The notes beneath the pieces were generated by a model that had not been told where the DNA came from, searched no databases, and saw only the letters and a list, made by a program, of their open reading frames with translations. A DNA stretch of 62,417 nucleotides, counting the filler, from Choristocarpus tenellus KU-1152 (lineage: Eukaryota > Protista > Phaeophyceae), in assembly GCA_964200185.2 (NCBI GenBank). It is 13 parts of 13 records of this genome, joined end to end, with 100 filler letters (N's around TTAATTAATTAA, not from the genome) between each part and the next. Parts side by side here need not be neighbours in the genome. Positions count along the whole stretch, not along the records: positions 21,458 to 24,299 come from CAXNAD020024272.1; positions 24,400 to 26,967 come from CAXNAD020026698.1; positions 27,068 to 35,836 come from CAXNAD020004347.1; 10 more parts are not named here. One strand, 5' to 3'. Every line of letters starts with the position of its first letter. The first letter of the stretch is position 1. Made by a program: the position numbers and the translations under genes. Below, piece after piece: positions 21,461 through 33,306 of the stretch.

Positions 21461-24299
21461 CTTCGACGCCATAAGAGCCCCTGAATGAAGAGAAGGCGGG
21501 AGCGAGCGCGTGGGTCTGGCATGCGTCAAACTTGACAGTGACATCACACAAGTAGTTATCGTTGGGATTCATGAAATCGTATACCACTAACATTATAATA
21601 GTACAATGAGTGTGGAACGTAAGGCAAATAACAAATGCAAAAAATGCAAACAATAGGAAATTCTGCAACAGAAGGGAAGACGGCAAAAATAATGTAGTGA
21701 AGACAAGTAACACCAGCATGCGATTCGTGGACTATGAAACAAAGAACTACGAAGGACCCGGGGGAAAGAGCAAGAGACACAAAAATGAATTAAAAGATAC
21801 GAAGAACATGAAACAACATGGGGAAAGCGAAAAAGAAAGACACACGACAAAATCTGCATCTCCTGAACGGCCGCACAATAATCGATGGGCATACGGACGG
21901 ACTGATAACGGCCATGGCGGATTGCAATAGTCTCCTGAAATACACCCCGTATTTCAGCGCTGGCGAACTCTGCAACTCACCATTTAGGCGGTGTGCTTGC
22001 GCAGCCCACGGGTGTGGCACAAATAGCGCGATGGTGCCCTGAGGATGTGTCTTCACCTGCAAGCACTTAACCACCTGGCACAAGTGTGTGTTGGTCGCCT
22101 CTTCGTCGTTGACGAGTCTTGGCTCGGCTGCAATGGACACTATGGCGAGCTTTGGCGCGTTGCGGAAGGCAAACTCTTTCAGGCGGTCTAAGGGTATCAT
22201 AGGGTCGAGAGGGGCGAAGGTCGTGTAGTGCAGTGCTCTTAGTCCTGGTTGGACATCATGACACACGACACAGTACACGGACAGCACGACAAGATGTAAG
22301 CAACGGTGCAGGCAATCATATCATTAAGTGAGGTCCTGACAATATTTCCACGGCATCCCTAAAATGTCAAGCCGTACCCTCCAAAACACCAGACCCATCA
22401 GGTACATCTTGTGGAAGGAGGGTAGACGTAAAAACATTGAGTTCCATGGCCCATGGAAACCTCCAAAAAAACGTCACATCCAATACACAAAGGACGAGGA
22501 ATCAACATGATGTACAAGCAGCCAAGACCCACGTGCAAACCAATGCGAAACCGAACACGCAGATACGACTTGTATGCCCGTATAATGTGCAACCACGCTG
22601 AGACCCACATGCACCTCTCCATGTCCGCCGTTTCGCTGCGTGAGGGGGGACGTAAAAGGCTTTGCCTGGTGGGTGACCCGCCCGCGCTCCTTGCGTGACC
22701 CTTACCCTTACCCTTGCCCCTGCCCCAACCCGCCGCTTCGTTCCCCACCGATCCAGACCCTTCACTGCCCTCCTGTGCCATGGGGAATTGATACATAATC
22801 GATCCTTGTGCCTCTTGTCGCCCACAATCTCCACGTAGGCACATTCGCCCATGTTAGTAATGGAGCACTTTGGGCATGAATACCTGTTGTGTGCGTGGCA
22901 TCGAATGAGAGCGTCAAACAGACAGGAAAGTATTTTTCCAAATTATTAATTGGGCGCAACAACGCAATGCGGGGATCCACGGTTACGAAGGACCACGAAA
23001 TTGGCAGCGCAAAATAGTATGAAGTAGTACAGGTGAGATACAACAGCCGGTGATGTACATGCATTAACACACAATCGGGCTGTGGCAAATAAAGAGACGT
23101 GGGGGTAGCGACCGCAGCGCCACACACAGAGGGACCCCACAAGATCCACCGGTTCAATGGCGTGCACCGCTGAAAAGAGGCAACCTAGTTAGCCGTTTGG
23201 GGGATTGGATGGAAACCAATCTTATGCCATTAATTACCCGCCATCCCTGTGTGCACCGTTACAACTACATTACTCACCGAGATGTAGGTGGAGGATTGCA
23301 TGCAGTACAGCAAACGCCCGTGTTCCACCCTCCATGGCCGTTTTGTTCTTGTTCCGCACCAGGAACGCTGCCGACAGAACCCCCTTTGCCTGTATCGTCC
23401 CTGTCTGGCAGTCCGTCCCCTCCCTCGTCTTCGTCCCCTCCTTTGTGTTCGTCCCCTCCGTCGTTTCCGTCCCCTCCTTTGTGTTCGCACCCTCCCTCGT
23501 CTTGTTTCTCCCGGCCATCTGATGCCGATCCGTTGTTGCTCTCGAGGTTGACCTGGTTAAGAACATTCTGGTATTTCCCATCTCAGGTGGTGAGGTAAGC
23601 GCGCAGAGTCGAGTCCTTCTCGAGAATCTGGTGGTGGACACGGTGGAGGACGTTGTTGAGGAGAGGAGGGGACGATGGTGACGTCAAAAATGGGAGAGTG
23701 TAATGGAAGAACGATAGTATGTCAATCGAACAGAGCAAACGATACGGTTGACGTGGTGAACGTGTTTAATGGAGGCGGCTTGCGGGGCGAAATAGTTTGA
23801 AAGAAGTCTATGTCGAGGACGCCAGCCTGTCTGTAGGTTACGACAGTGACACGTGTTGGAGGCAGAAACGAGGTGGAGATTGACTAAGATCGTTGCCTAG
23901 AGTTGAAGGAAACGATTGGCTATTTCCGCTATTAGCAACGAAAGACTAGATCTGACAAAACAGCATCGTTTGTTGTAGGGAAGGCAACTCTGTCGCTTAT
24001 GATGATGACGAAGACCCACCACTAATCCTACCAAGCGTCAACTAATTGTTTTTGTACAAGCCAGCACAAATGTAATTGCAAACACAGGAGGCACACTCAC
24101 GGCTCTGACCCGTTGTGGAGGTTTCATTCCGACTACTGTCAAGATGTTTGCCCTCAGCTGCCGGACGGGCTCCGCTTGTTGGTCACCAGATGAAACCTTT
24201 TGCAGAAGTTGGACCACCTCCCTCTTTCTCTCCTCGTAGTGGGGCTTGACCCAGACCTTGTGCATATTGCACTTCTCATATGCGAGCCTGTCCATTTCC
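21461..24299 (-). pseudogene. Multi-exon gene or pseudogene with an acidic/Gly-rich linker and a C-terminal beta-class DNA N6/N4-methyltransferase-like fold
   Basis: Phase-consistent exons 22828-22615, 22460-22378, 22244-21981 and 21586-21461 give ...VPDGSGVLEGLRAL...APKLAIVSIAAEP...VVKCLQVKTHPQGTIALFVPHPW...YLCDVTVKFD...GSYGVE. The upstream exon starting at 23627 has an in-frame TGA at 23583-23585. Confidence 0.4.
23410..23505 (-). repeat. Coding 18-bp tandem repeat (GGDEHK/GGDEDE-type) x5
   Basis: GGAGGGGACGAACACAAA variants on the minus strand, inside the exon starting at 23627. Confidence 0.8.
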
Positions 24300-24498
24300 N
24301 NNNNNNNNNNNNNNNNNNNNNNNNNNNNNNNNNNNNNNNNNNNTTAATTAATTAANNNNNNNNNNNNNNNNNNNNNNNNNNNNNNNNNNNNNNNNNNNNT
24401 TTACAACCCATCCCCCCCCCCCCAGATACTTTGACCCGGGCGTTTGTACCAAGCAAGGGCAGAAGGCTCAGAAGTTAGTAAACTGCAAAGCTCATTAC

Positions 24499-26928
24499 CT
24501 CGTTGAGAGTAGACTGGAGTTGCTTCATCTCTGCAAGCTTCAAACCAGCACCCTTGCTTCCTGAGCCCCAGAACTTGTTGATGATGCCCTTCAACTTGTC
24601 GCTGGATGCTCCGAACGTGGACCGCATGGAAAACCCAAATGTTGCACACAAATACAATCCTCACTACCTTCAACCAACGAGGTTAATGCCTGACATTGAA
24701 GAAAGTCAACTTTCTTCATCTCAATCAAGGTGGAATGTTCCTCACAACTATTTCTGAAAGAGACCATTAACATCTGCTTTAAAAAGAATAGAAAAAAAGG
24801 ATACCACGGTAGGAATTTGTGGGATTTGGATTGTGGGGTGTGGGGTGGAGCAATCCGTAAGAATTCTATCAAGATAGCATAGCTTCCCTGACAAAAATAC
24901 CATTCTCCCACACCTCTATCTAGACTAGGATGTGGTTCAGCGTCTGGTACAAGGCCACCACACAACACTCCCAATCCCAACCTTACTTTCTTCATTATAC
25001 AGAGTCCAAGTAACTTGTATATAGGGACTAAAAACCCCAATAGCTGAGAGAGATTACCTACAAGCTAACTAATAGTACTAGACAATGAACTAACTATATT
25101 TGTGCAGAGTGCTTAATGACAAGGATCATGACATGCATCAAGTAGTTCTCAACTGAGCCAGGTATCCAGAGGAACTACACTGTTCTGATATCACTACACC
25201 TGCAGCAACCCAGTCCTCTTCAAGAGGGCATGTTTTGAGGAATGAGAGGATATACGCTCCAGAGTGAAAGTATCTTAGAGGTTACGAGATTTCCCCTGTT
25301 TGTTCGTTGGGGGCTTGACTGCCCAGGGGGTCTTTATGTCATTTTCCTACTCCGAAAGGTTTTTGAGTAGGTAAAATGTAACTTTACAAAAAGGTTTGTA
25401 TGGAACAAGGATATTGACACTTCCTAACAAACCTGACAGCCAAAATTACATCAAAATCACAACATTGGATTTTGGTCTCCAAACGGATGTGGATCTACGC
25501 TCAAAGATACTTTGACTCTCCACCTTCCAGCTGCATACCCCGTGTTGGACACAGGAGAAGCAGGTTGTCGAAACGTAGCGGAGTAAGCATGGTAAGCATG
25601 TCTAGACTCGTAATCCTGTTCACAGCACCATACCACGCAGTCCATAGGCTCTAAAACCTGTCAAGAAGCTTTAAAAGGCCCCTTTGGTGCACAAGCTCGG
25701 CAAGAGCTTCTACCAAACCTGCCAGCCACATCAAACACTCGCCCTTCTTTCAGTTATGCCCCATGTTGAAAGAAGACGGGAGGGTGAGGAAATGTGGAAA
25801 CGCAGAGAGAGTGCTGGGTCAGTGAACAATATAACCCAACCTTCACACGAATTGTTTTCACACCTCGTGTCACCTGTTTCTAACATGGGGACGAAACTGC
25901 AGACCATGTTGTGTGTCCGATATGACTGGCAGGTGTGCTAGAAGCTCTTGCCGGACTTGTTCATCAGAGTTGCCTTTGTAAGGCTTCTTCGCCGCTTTCA
26001 GGGCCTATGGGCAGCAAGGATCGTGCATTTGAGGGGGGAAGGAGGGAATCAGGAGTGATGAGCAGGGGATCAACAGTTGGGACTTGAGTTTGTACCTGCA
26101 ACAGTAAGGTTTGAGAATAGATGAGATGGGGTTGCAGCATACAGAGCACCAACAGAGAAGTGGGGGGGAAGTACAATCACTTTGGTGGGGAACCCCATCA
26201 TGCGTAATGAATTGCAAGTAACTCACATCTCATATCCTGTACGCGTAGTGATTCCATCAGGAAATGTCATTTTGAGAAAAAATCTGGAACGTACAACTGA
26301 ATTCTCCTCCAAAAACTCAATCTCTTCAAAATGTAAAGAGAGGGGGGTGGAGGATGTCCCTCACAAAACTCGAGTCTCCTAGAATGTGGGCTTCATATTC
26401 CCATCAAGCATGGCCTCAATAACCCCTTTACCCAAATAGACTGATTCTAAAAAGGAGAGGTCAGATGATTTGGTGTGCAGTCTCTTTGATCAAGATGCAC
26501 ATTGATCAGCAAAATCCAAACACGGAACTTATGAGAAAGGGCTCATTCAAACCCAAACACCTGCTCCTGGAATGCATGGCCGTGACCATGGCCCTCCGAA
26601 TTCCTCCCAGCCTTTCCTACCTTTGTTCTCCTACATCCATTCCCAATCGTGCGCAAAAATGGTGCAGGATACAAACTTGCCATCGGTGGAGAGCCAAGCC
26701 ACTAGCAAGAAATTGCAACAGAACAATAGTGAATTCCCCACTTACATGATTGCAGTGGCAGGGGACTTGATGGATGATGAGGTTGTGCTGGACCTGGTGA
26801 GCCATGGTGACACATCCTTCACGAGCATCCCCCTTATGTCTCCCTCCGTTGTATTCTATGCAGATGTCAACTCCTTTCGCCAGGTAGGTCTTGAGATTGG
26901 TGTTGTTACTAGTGCTCCACAATTCCAT
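24499..26928 (-). CDS. GTF2E2: Probable transcription initiation factor IIE beta subunit (partial; exons 26928-26794, 26004-25874, 24601-24499)
   Basis: Spliced KTYLAKGVDIC...RHKGD...VTMAHQ|ALKAAKK...QELLAHLPVISDTQHGLQFRPHVRNS|DKLKGIINKFWGSGSKGAGLKLAEM. It aligns by eye with human TFIIE-beta (LAKIVNYM...RHQRGD...EALVNNPKI...YAFKPKYNVRDKKALLRLL...GLGGILLEDI) with matching spacing. Phases 0 and 2 are consistent. Confidence 0.6.
25262..25518 (-). mobile_element. MITE family A copy in an intron
   Basis: GAGTGAAAGTATCTTAGAGG...AAGATACTTTGACTC, flanked by TCCA/TCCA; reverse complement of 17088-17346. Confidence 0.8.
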
Positions 26929-27069
26929 TGTGAAGCAGATTGGTGAAATTCATATTGGAGGGAGGGGNNNNNNNNNNNNNNNNNNNNNNNNNNNNNNNNN
27001 NNNNNNNNNNNTTAATTAATTAANNNNNNNNNNNNNNNNNNNNNNNNNNNNNNNNNNNNNNNNNNNNCC

Positions 27070-27525
27070 GTCTTGCCCGGTGATTCTCTTCGCCACCCTT
27101 GCCTGAGTGAACCACGCCACCACAGAATCACACGATTCACAATAGTAGGGTTTGTTTTTATACTATTATACCTTTTTAGGTTCTTGGTCAGGAAATCCAG
27201 TAGAGGATCTTTTGTGAGGTTAAGGTGTGGGATTTTTTCACGAAGAGAATTATCCACTACTAAAAAGCATCTGGTCAACCAAAAAGATGTCAAGCATCAA
27301 ATATTCTCTTTATTATCACGTCTTCAAATTTTCAGATGTTCCTCCTTTAATGAGATTCTCCCCACGATGAAGTTCTCTGTAGTTTTTGCACTTGTCCAAC
27401 TTTAACCTTGTCTTCTCTATTACGCTTTATCTCGGTCCTTCTGGTTCGTCTTGCCTCGCGATTCTCTTCACCACCCTTTTCTGAGTGAACCACGTCACCA
27501 TAGAATCATGTGTACGATTCACATT
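27070..27525. repeat. Two diverged ~75-bp direct repeats (27070-27143, 27448-27525)
   Basis: GTCTTGCC...GATTCTCTTC.CCACCCTT..CTGAGTGAACCACG.CACCA.AGAATCA occurs in both. Confidence 0.75.
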
Positions 27526-27979
27526 GCAAATACTGGTGAGATTCAAACTCACGCGTACGAAACACACAAACTTAGCACAAAAAGGGGAGATTTTCACACC
27601 ATGTGAAGCGTTAAAATATATTGTAGATGACATTTCTCCTTACAGACACCTCCCCTCAACTTTCATACATTATACGTGCTTTGGTGTACGTATATACATC
27701 TTACTTCTAAGTTCGTGGTTGAAGTACCTGTAATTGTATTCTCACTGTTAGTCTGATACTTCCCCGCTATCTCCGCCCTAGCTAGGCCCCTTGACCCATG
27801 TTCAGATGACCGTCCACACTGCACCATACCTGCCCAACGAACTAATTGTTGCCCTACAACTAATTGCACTGCTCTGTGCATGCCTTGATTTTTTTTGCAC
27901 ATGTTAAATTCAAAAGATCTGTTAGTCGTTACTCTATCTTCTCCGCCACAATCTTGATCTTCCGGTCCTACTGTGGTGT

Positions 27980-29100
27980 AGTATCTGGTAGTTAGGAAGG
28001 CACAGGTGTACCTCCCCAATGCACTTGCCGCATATGGTCATCGGATCCAAATACCCTGTGAAGAAAGTCTGATCTCTACCGAAATTGAACCAGCATTCCT
28101 ATGACGGAATGGAAGCAGACTGGGTTCAGCACTCTCATCACTCATCGCTCCGTCTCCTCCTTCGAATTGTCTCCTGGGCTCGCCTCAAAATTTCCACCTC
28201 GGTTTTTGTCTGGCATTCCTTTTTGTGGTACAGTATACCCACAGACAGATTGTACGGATGTACAAACCTTTGTAGTTGCCATAGGGAATTGGATGAAGGA
28301 AAACATACTTTTCTGAAAAGGAGTCTGGCGTCGAAAGGTTCCAAACCATCAAAATTCATACGGGTACCTGTCACGTTCACCGCTGAGACACAAGGATGCC
28401 CATTGAGCCAAATCAATTGAGAGGTAGGCAGGTTTGGACCCTGCATTCCAAGCCATCTTTCTTACACGGTGCAATACACTCTATTTCATTTCTTAATATG
28501 CAAAATAGTGCACACGAAGTTAAGATTTTCCCCCTTTACACACATAACGTGACATCACAACTCAGCAAGGCTCCTTCTGCAATTGTACAAGATGACATGT
28601 TTTTGCACTTTCTCGGGATCCATAAAATGCAACCTTTCCTACCTCTCGGTTGGTTTGACTCATTTTTGGTGTACTAACAACAGTTCAACATCTCCACCCA
28701 ATCACATCTTCACCAAATCACATTCACCTCTATTAGGTTCAATTTTCACCCTCTCAATTTTGTCTTGGTATGTGATTTTTTCGGAACCCCTTGGAGATGA
28801 AGAATCCAATTCCATGCCCCATGCGGACTAATCATTTATAGTTTTGTTTTCCATTTATCTGGGACAATATTTCAATAACAGATATGACACAACTGGAACA
28901 ATTGCTGGGTCAACACCACCTCAACACCACCTCAATACCACTCCAAATCGCTCACACCACTCACTACTCATTGACAAGCAGGATTGGGAGGGAGAAGGAT
29001 AGAGCTATATCGATGACAGAACAATTGCCAGAGCAGCTCAAAGTATGTCATAGTTGTTTTCACTAGGAGAAGGATCTTCCCTTCACTGTGACAAGTATCA
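27980..29100 (-). mobile_element. Decayed CACTA/EnSpm-like transposase remnant, interrupted by a MITE
   Basis: D*SAW (~28815-28835), MNFDGLEPFD...QRFVHPYNLSVGI and DQTFFTGYLDPMTICGKC resemble the ordered motifs DG.aW / n.DGf.PF / NLP..R..N...G / D....G....C..C, with frameshifts and stops. Confidence 0.4.
28405..28661 (+). mobile_element. MITE, GAGCCAAATCAATTGAGAGGTAGG-type TIR (family D)
   Basis: GAGCCAAATCAATTGAGAGGTAGG...CCTACCTCTCGGTTGGTTTGACTC, flanked by ATT/ATT; homologous to 32420-32672. Confidence 0.85.
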
Positions 29101-29759
29101 GATCGAGCATAGGTAGTATGGTTTGCCTGTATCTGGTTCTCAACGAAAGGTGCTATGCACAGCAAGAAGGTGTAGAAAAAGGCTTACAATGGGAGGTGTT
29201 TTTTACCTTATAAATATTTTTTTCTTCGTACTACTATGGAGATTATCCCAACCCATTATCAGAGGCACTACACATTGCACTACTTTTCATTCTAATGACT
29301 TCTAGTGCTGACAAAGTACTAACCGTTACAATGCGACTATTAAATTGCCTCCATTCCTGGCTTGTTTCTTGAGCGTTGGGTTCACACTCCCACCACTCAT
29401 CGCTCTGTCTCCTCCCTCGAGTGTATGGTGAACTGTGTGCAAAATAGGACAATAGTGAGGTGTACCTTATTTTGTGTATGTGAGATTATTGTGTTGAATT
29501 GAGTCCATGTGATGTAACTAACGAAATAGTACATCCAGATTATGTATGGGATTATGTACTGGTATTTATTCTGCATTCAACTACTTTGACATGACCGTTG
29601 ACTCAGATAGGAAGCACAAATAAACAATAAACAAGTAATGAGAAGACACCCAACAAAGGTCACTCTTCTAATTTCAACCATCCATTTGTGTTCACGTTCA
29701 GCAAAGGAGTCGTGTGAGGCTTCACACCCTCTTATCTTCACGACTGAGAAATAGCATTA

Positions 29760-30640
29760 CCTCCCAAGGTAATTTGCACAGACTGGTCTCGGAATTTCCA
29801 TGTCATTCTTGGTCTGGCGTTTTTGTGGTATTGCTACAGACAGGATAACGCAGGTGCACCAATCCGCCTTGGTTAAAATGTAGAGTTGGACTATCTAGAC
29901 CAATTTTGTTTTATGGTGAGTCTGACGTTTGTCGAAGGGTTTCGAACGCGGGAAATTCATACGGATAGATATTCCCTTGACCACTCACGGACAAAGACCT
30001 CCTACAAAGTACGAATAAAAAAAACATGTCGAACATCGAAAAATAAAATTGTTTTGATGTACATTTCGATCACTTCCAACCACGAGACGGTACAATAGTA
30101 TAGAGGGGAGAGAGGACTCTCCAGGCTCGCGTATAGGAGGGGTGGTTGATATGAGCATGGAGGGGGCAATTTCTTGCTTGTCCCCCAATCAGAATGAGAA
30201 TGTGGGGCGTAATATTAGTTCAGACGAGGTGAAGATTACCCACACTCCATGCTAGTCCACTTTACTCCGACCCAATGACTGCAGACGTGTACCTTTTATA
30301 CTAAAATCTCCAGAGTATACAGGTGCCTGTAGTAGTGTTGGACATATACAGAGTCCCAATACATGAGGTTGCAACCAGAGGCAGCACGCAACAAACCAGA
30401 TTCCCTTGCCAATGAGAGGTGAATGAATGCGAAGAGTACGTGTGAACAGCTGTACTTGGTTCTATATTACTTTCATCGCCACACATCCTGATGCCAACTA
30501 GTTTTAAGTGCGTACAAAAGGTAAAACATAAAATATCCTTATTTGGTTGCAGAACTGCTTGTAAATTATGCACCATCTTGTCGATGGCGAAAATACATGT
30601 GTGATTGGGTATTGCTTTACACCGATATAGATATAGTACG
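29760..30640 (-). mobile_element. Further CACTA-like transposase remnants
   Basis: IRMNFPRSKPFD...SVAIPQKRQTK (29760-29990) is homologous to 28200-28370. CIFAIDKMVHNL (~30565-30600) resembles the D.MHnl motif. Confidence 0.35.
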
Positions 30641-30647
30641 ACTTCCA

Positions 30648-30828
30648 GCTGACCCAAAGCATCTGGGGGGGTGGGGCTATCTACACCAGGGTGTCCATTT
30701 GGACCAAAACCAGGAAAAGTGCACTTACATTATCCTTCCGAAGTGTGCAACCAAATTACCCAAACATTGCGAGATGAAAAGACCCCAAATGGACAGCCGC
30801 CACCCCCCCTTAGATAATTTGGGTCAGC
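30648..30828. mobile_element. Complete MITE with GCTGACCCAAAGTATCT(G)n TIR (family C); another left end at 62376-62417
   Basis: GCTGACCCAAAGCATCTGGGGGGG...CCCCCCCTTAGATAATTTGGGTCAGC, with internal TGTCCATTTGG/CCAAATGGACA inverted motifs. Confidence 0.8.
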
Positions 30829-31244
30829 TTACTCTGCTGATTGATAGAGTGTCTCAAAAAGCGGCTTAGTATGAAATGTTCAACTGATACACCTCTCCTG
30901 CCTCCAGTGGGATGTTACAGATAATGACAACATTTCAACTGAACAACTGATAGGGTTAACACGTGGTCTGTAGCCTTTTTCCGGCCGCTTCATCGATCTT
31001 GTGTTGGTCAGAGAGGAAGGACTTGATAACTCTTCAATATGGTGTGAATTCCTCGTCACCTCAATATACCTTCTTATCTTCCATTTGATGACATTTGACC
31101 TCCACAGCCCACCTCTTCTCACTGGTTAGTTTGAGCAGAACCATGTAGTATATATACTACTACTGTATTTGAATATATATTCCTTGTTCTTTATACATTA
31201 TTGTCAATGACATACATATGTTGTCATGGGTTGTGGGGAAAAAG

Positions 31245-31482
31245 AAGGATTGTATTATACAAGGCAGAGAATACAACAAACACGACAACAACAGCACACT
31301 CGGTATTGCCTACAGTAAAGGCCTCCGAGCACAAAGGTTGTTACATCTATTACCCTACGGCTCTCCTTAGTGTGTGATGGGCCGTGGGAACAAGGATTAT
31401 AATATAGAAGGCAGAGAATACAGCAAACATGACAACAACGGCATAGTCTGTATGGCTTACAATAAAGGTTTCTAGGTACGAA
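31245..31482. repeat. Diverged ~90-bp direct repeat x2 (period ~147 bp)
   Basis: AAGGATT...AAGGCAGAGAATACA.CAAACA.GACAACAAC at ~31245 and ~31392. Confidence 0.75.
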
Positions 31483-32298
31483 CCTTGTTTTATTTTTTAT
31501 TAATTGAAATTTTGCAACACAATCAGAAGATATTTTATATACATTTGTAAAAATAGACGAATTTCGCGCATGTTTGTCAGCATCTTTATATATATACTGG
31601 GTACCTCTCGTTTACTTTGGCTCGTTATATGTACGTTGATTCTGTTTTTGCCTTACACTCTTCCTCTTGTTCTCTCCACCAAAACATCTATCTCTGCCCG
31701 ATTCCATGTGGAATGCAGGCTAACACCATTTCTTGTTTTGTTTTCATCTAAACGTCAATCTCTCCAAAATGTCAGTGAACACAGTAACAATATATGCATC
31801 AGTCATGGTTGTAGTGTATGCCAAGTAGTAATTTATAATTTTGAAAATAATAAACCAACTCCATCCATATTAGGAATCCATGCACTGGACTACTGATAAA
31901 TTCATTCATCCTAAAATAACCAAAATACCGAGTCAAAATAAACGAGAGTTACCCAAAATGCATTTTAAGTATGTTGACAAATGTGTGCAAAATTTTGATT
32001 ATTTTACAAATGCGTATAGGATATTTTCTAAATTATGTCCAAAAGTCTCAAGCAATAGAGAAATCAATACTCTGAACCCAAACTTAGCACTTCATCTATA
32101 TAAATGCTGGAAACGGTTGAAAAAATGTCTTAAAATGCAAATCGCCCAAAACCTGGATACTTCTCATTTACTTTGGCTCTCCCATTAATATGACACATAC
32201 GACTGAAACTACTCTTTATACCGGCAATATGAAGGCAGTCTAGAACCAAGGGAAGAGCCTCATTATGTATATATGCATGTACGTATGTATGCACATAT

Positions 32299-32817
32299 GG
32301 ACCAAACCAATTGAGAGGTAGGTAGGGTTGCACTCCAAGGATCCTGAGAAAGGGCAAAAATAGACCATTCTTTATAATTAACTGCAAAAAGAGCCTTTGC
32401 TGAATTGTGGTGGCACTTTGAGCCAACCAATTACGATGTAGGCAGGTTTGGACTCTTCTGCATCCCAATCCATCTTTCCTACCCTGTGCATTACACCCTG
32501 TTCCTTTCCTTTATGTACACAAGAGTGCACTCAAAATTGATTTCTCCCTTTCCACACAAAAAGTGTCACCACAATTCAGCAAAGACTCTGCAATTGTACA
32601 AAATTTCTTTTTTCCTACCTTTCTTGGGATTCTTAAAATGCAACATCACCTACCTCTCAGTTGATTTGACTCTTTGTGGGTGGAAAGGGGGAATATCAAT
32701 TGTATTGGCACTATTGTGCACAAAAAGCAATAAAATCGAGTGTATTGCAGAGGGTAAGAAAGGTGACTTAGAATGAAAAAGGGTCCGAACGTGCCTACTT
32801 TTCAATTGATTTGACTC
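32299..32817. mobile_element. Family D MITE (reverse orientation) containing a nested family D copy at 32420-32672
   Basis: The inner copy GAGCCAACCAAT...GTTGATTTGACTC is flanked by TTT/TTT. The outer halves join to give the reverse complement of the inner element. Confidence 0.8.
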
Positions 32818-33306
32818 AAACCTATGAACCCAACCAATCGTTTTGAAATATTGTTACCACACCAAGTAAATACTGCGTAATAGTCGCTACAACTACTACT
32901 ACTACTACTACAAACCCTGTTGAACTCACCACCATTGGTATCTATCTATGATATCGGGTTCAAAACCACAAAAATACCGACCCTTCAATCTGATTTGTTT
33001 CCTCCCCCCCTCACTCAATATTTTCATAACGCTTTCATGACAAGGGGGGGGGGGCTATATCCACCCATTGATTATGGTCTATGTCCTGTGTAATACTAGG
33101 ATTGAAGGATTGACACAAAAGATAAAGACGAGTCTGGTGTTTCAGTTCTTGGCTTTGTGTTAGTGCAGTGTCTAATTCCTTTACGATCCCATTGAGATGA
33201 AGAACTAGGCTACAAATATCTGCATCATCAATTATTATTGAGTTTTTTTACCCATTTCTATATAAAATATATCAATGACGTACCTCCCCTAGGGAAGGGG
33301 GAAAGG

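Noticed and set aside
21981-22244. Upf1-like SF1 helicase C-terminal domain (N.EEA...IALFVP...AQ)
   Set aside because: No TVD..QG.E or NVA.TRA motifs in the following exon; the flanking exons fit a methyltransferase-like order better. Not fully excluded.
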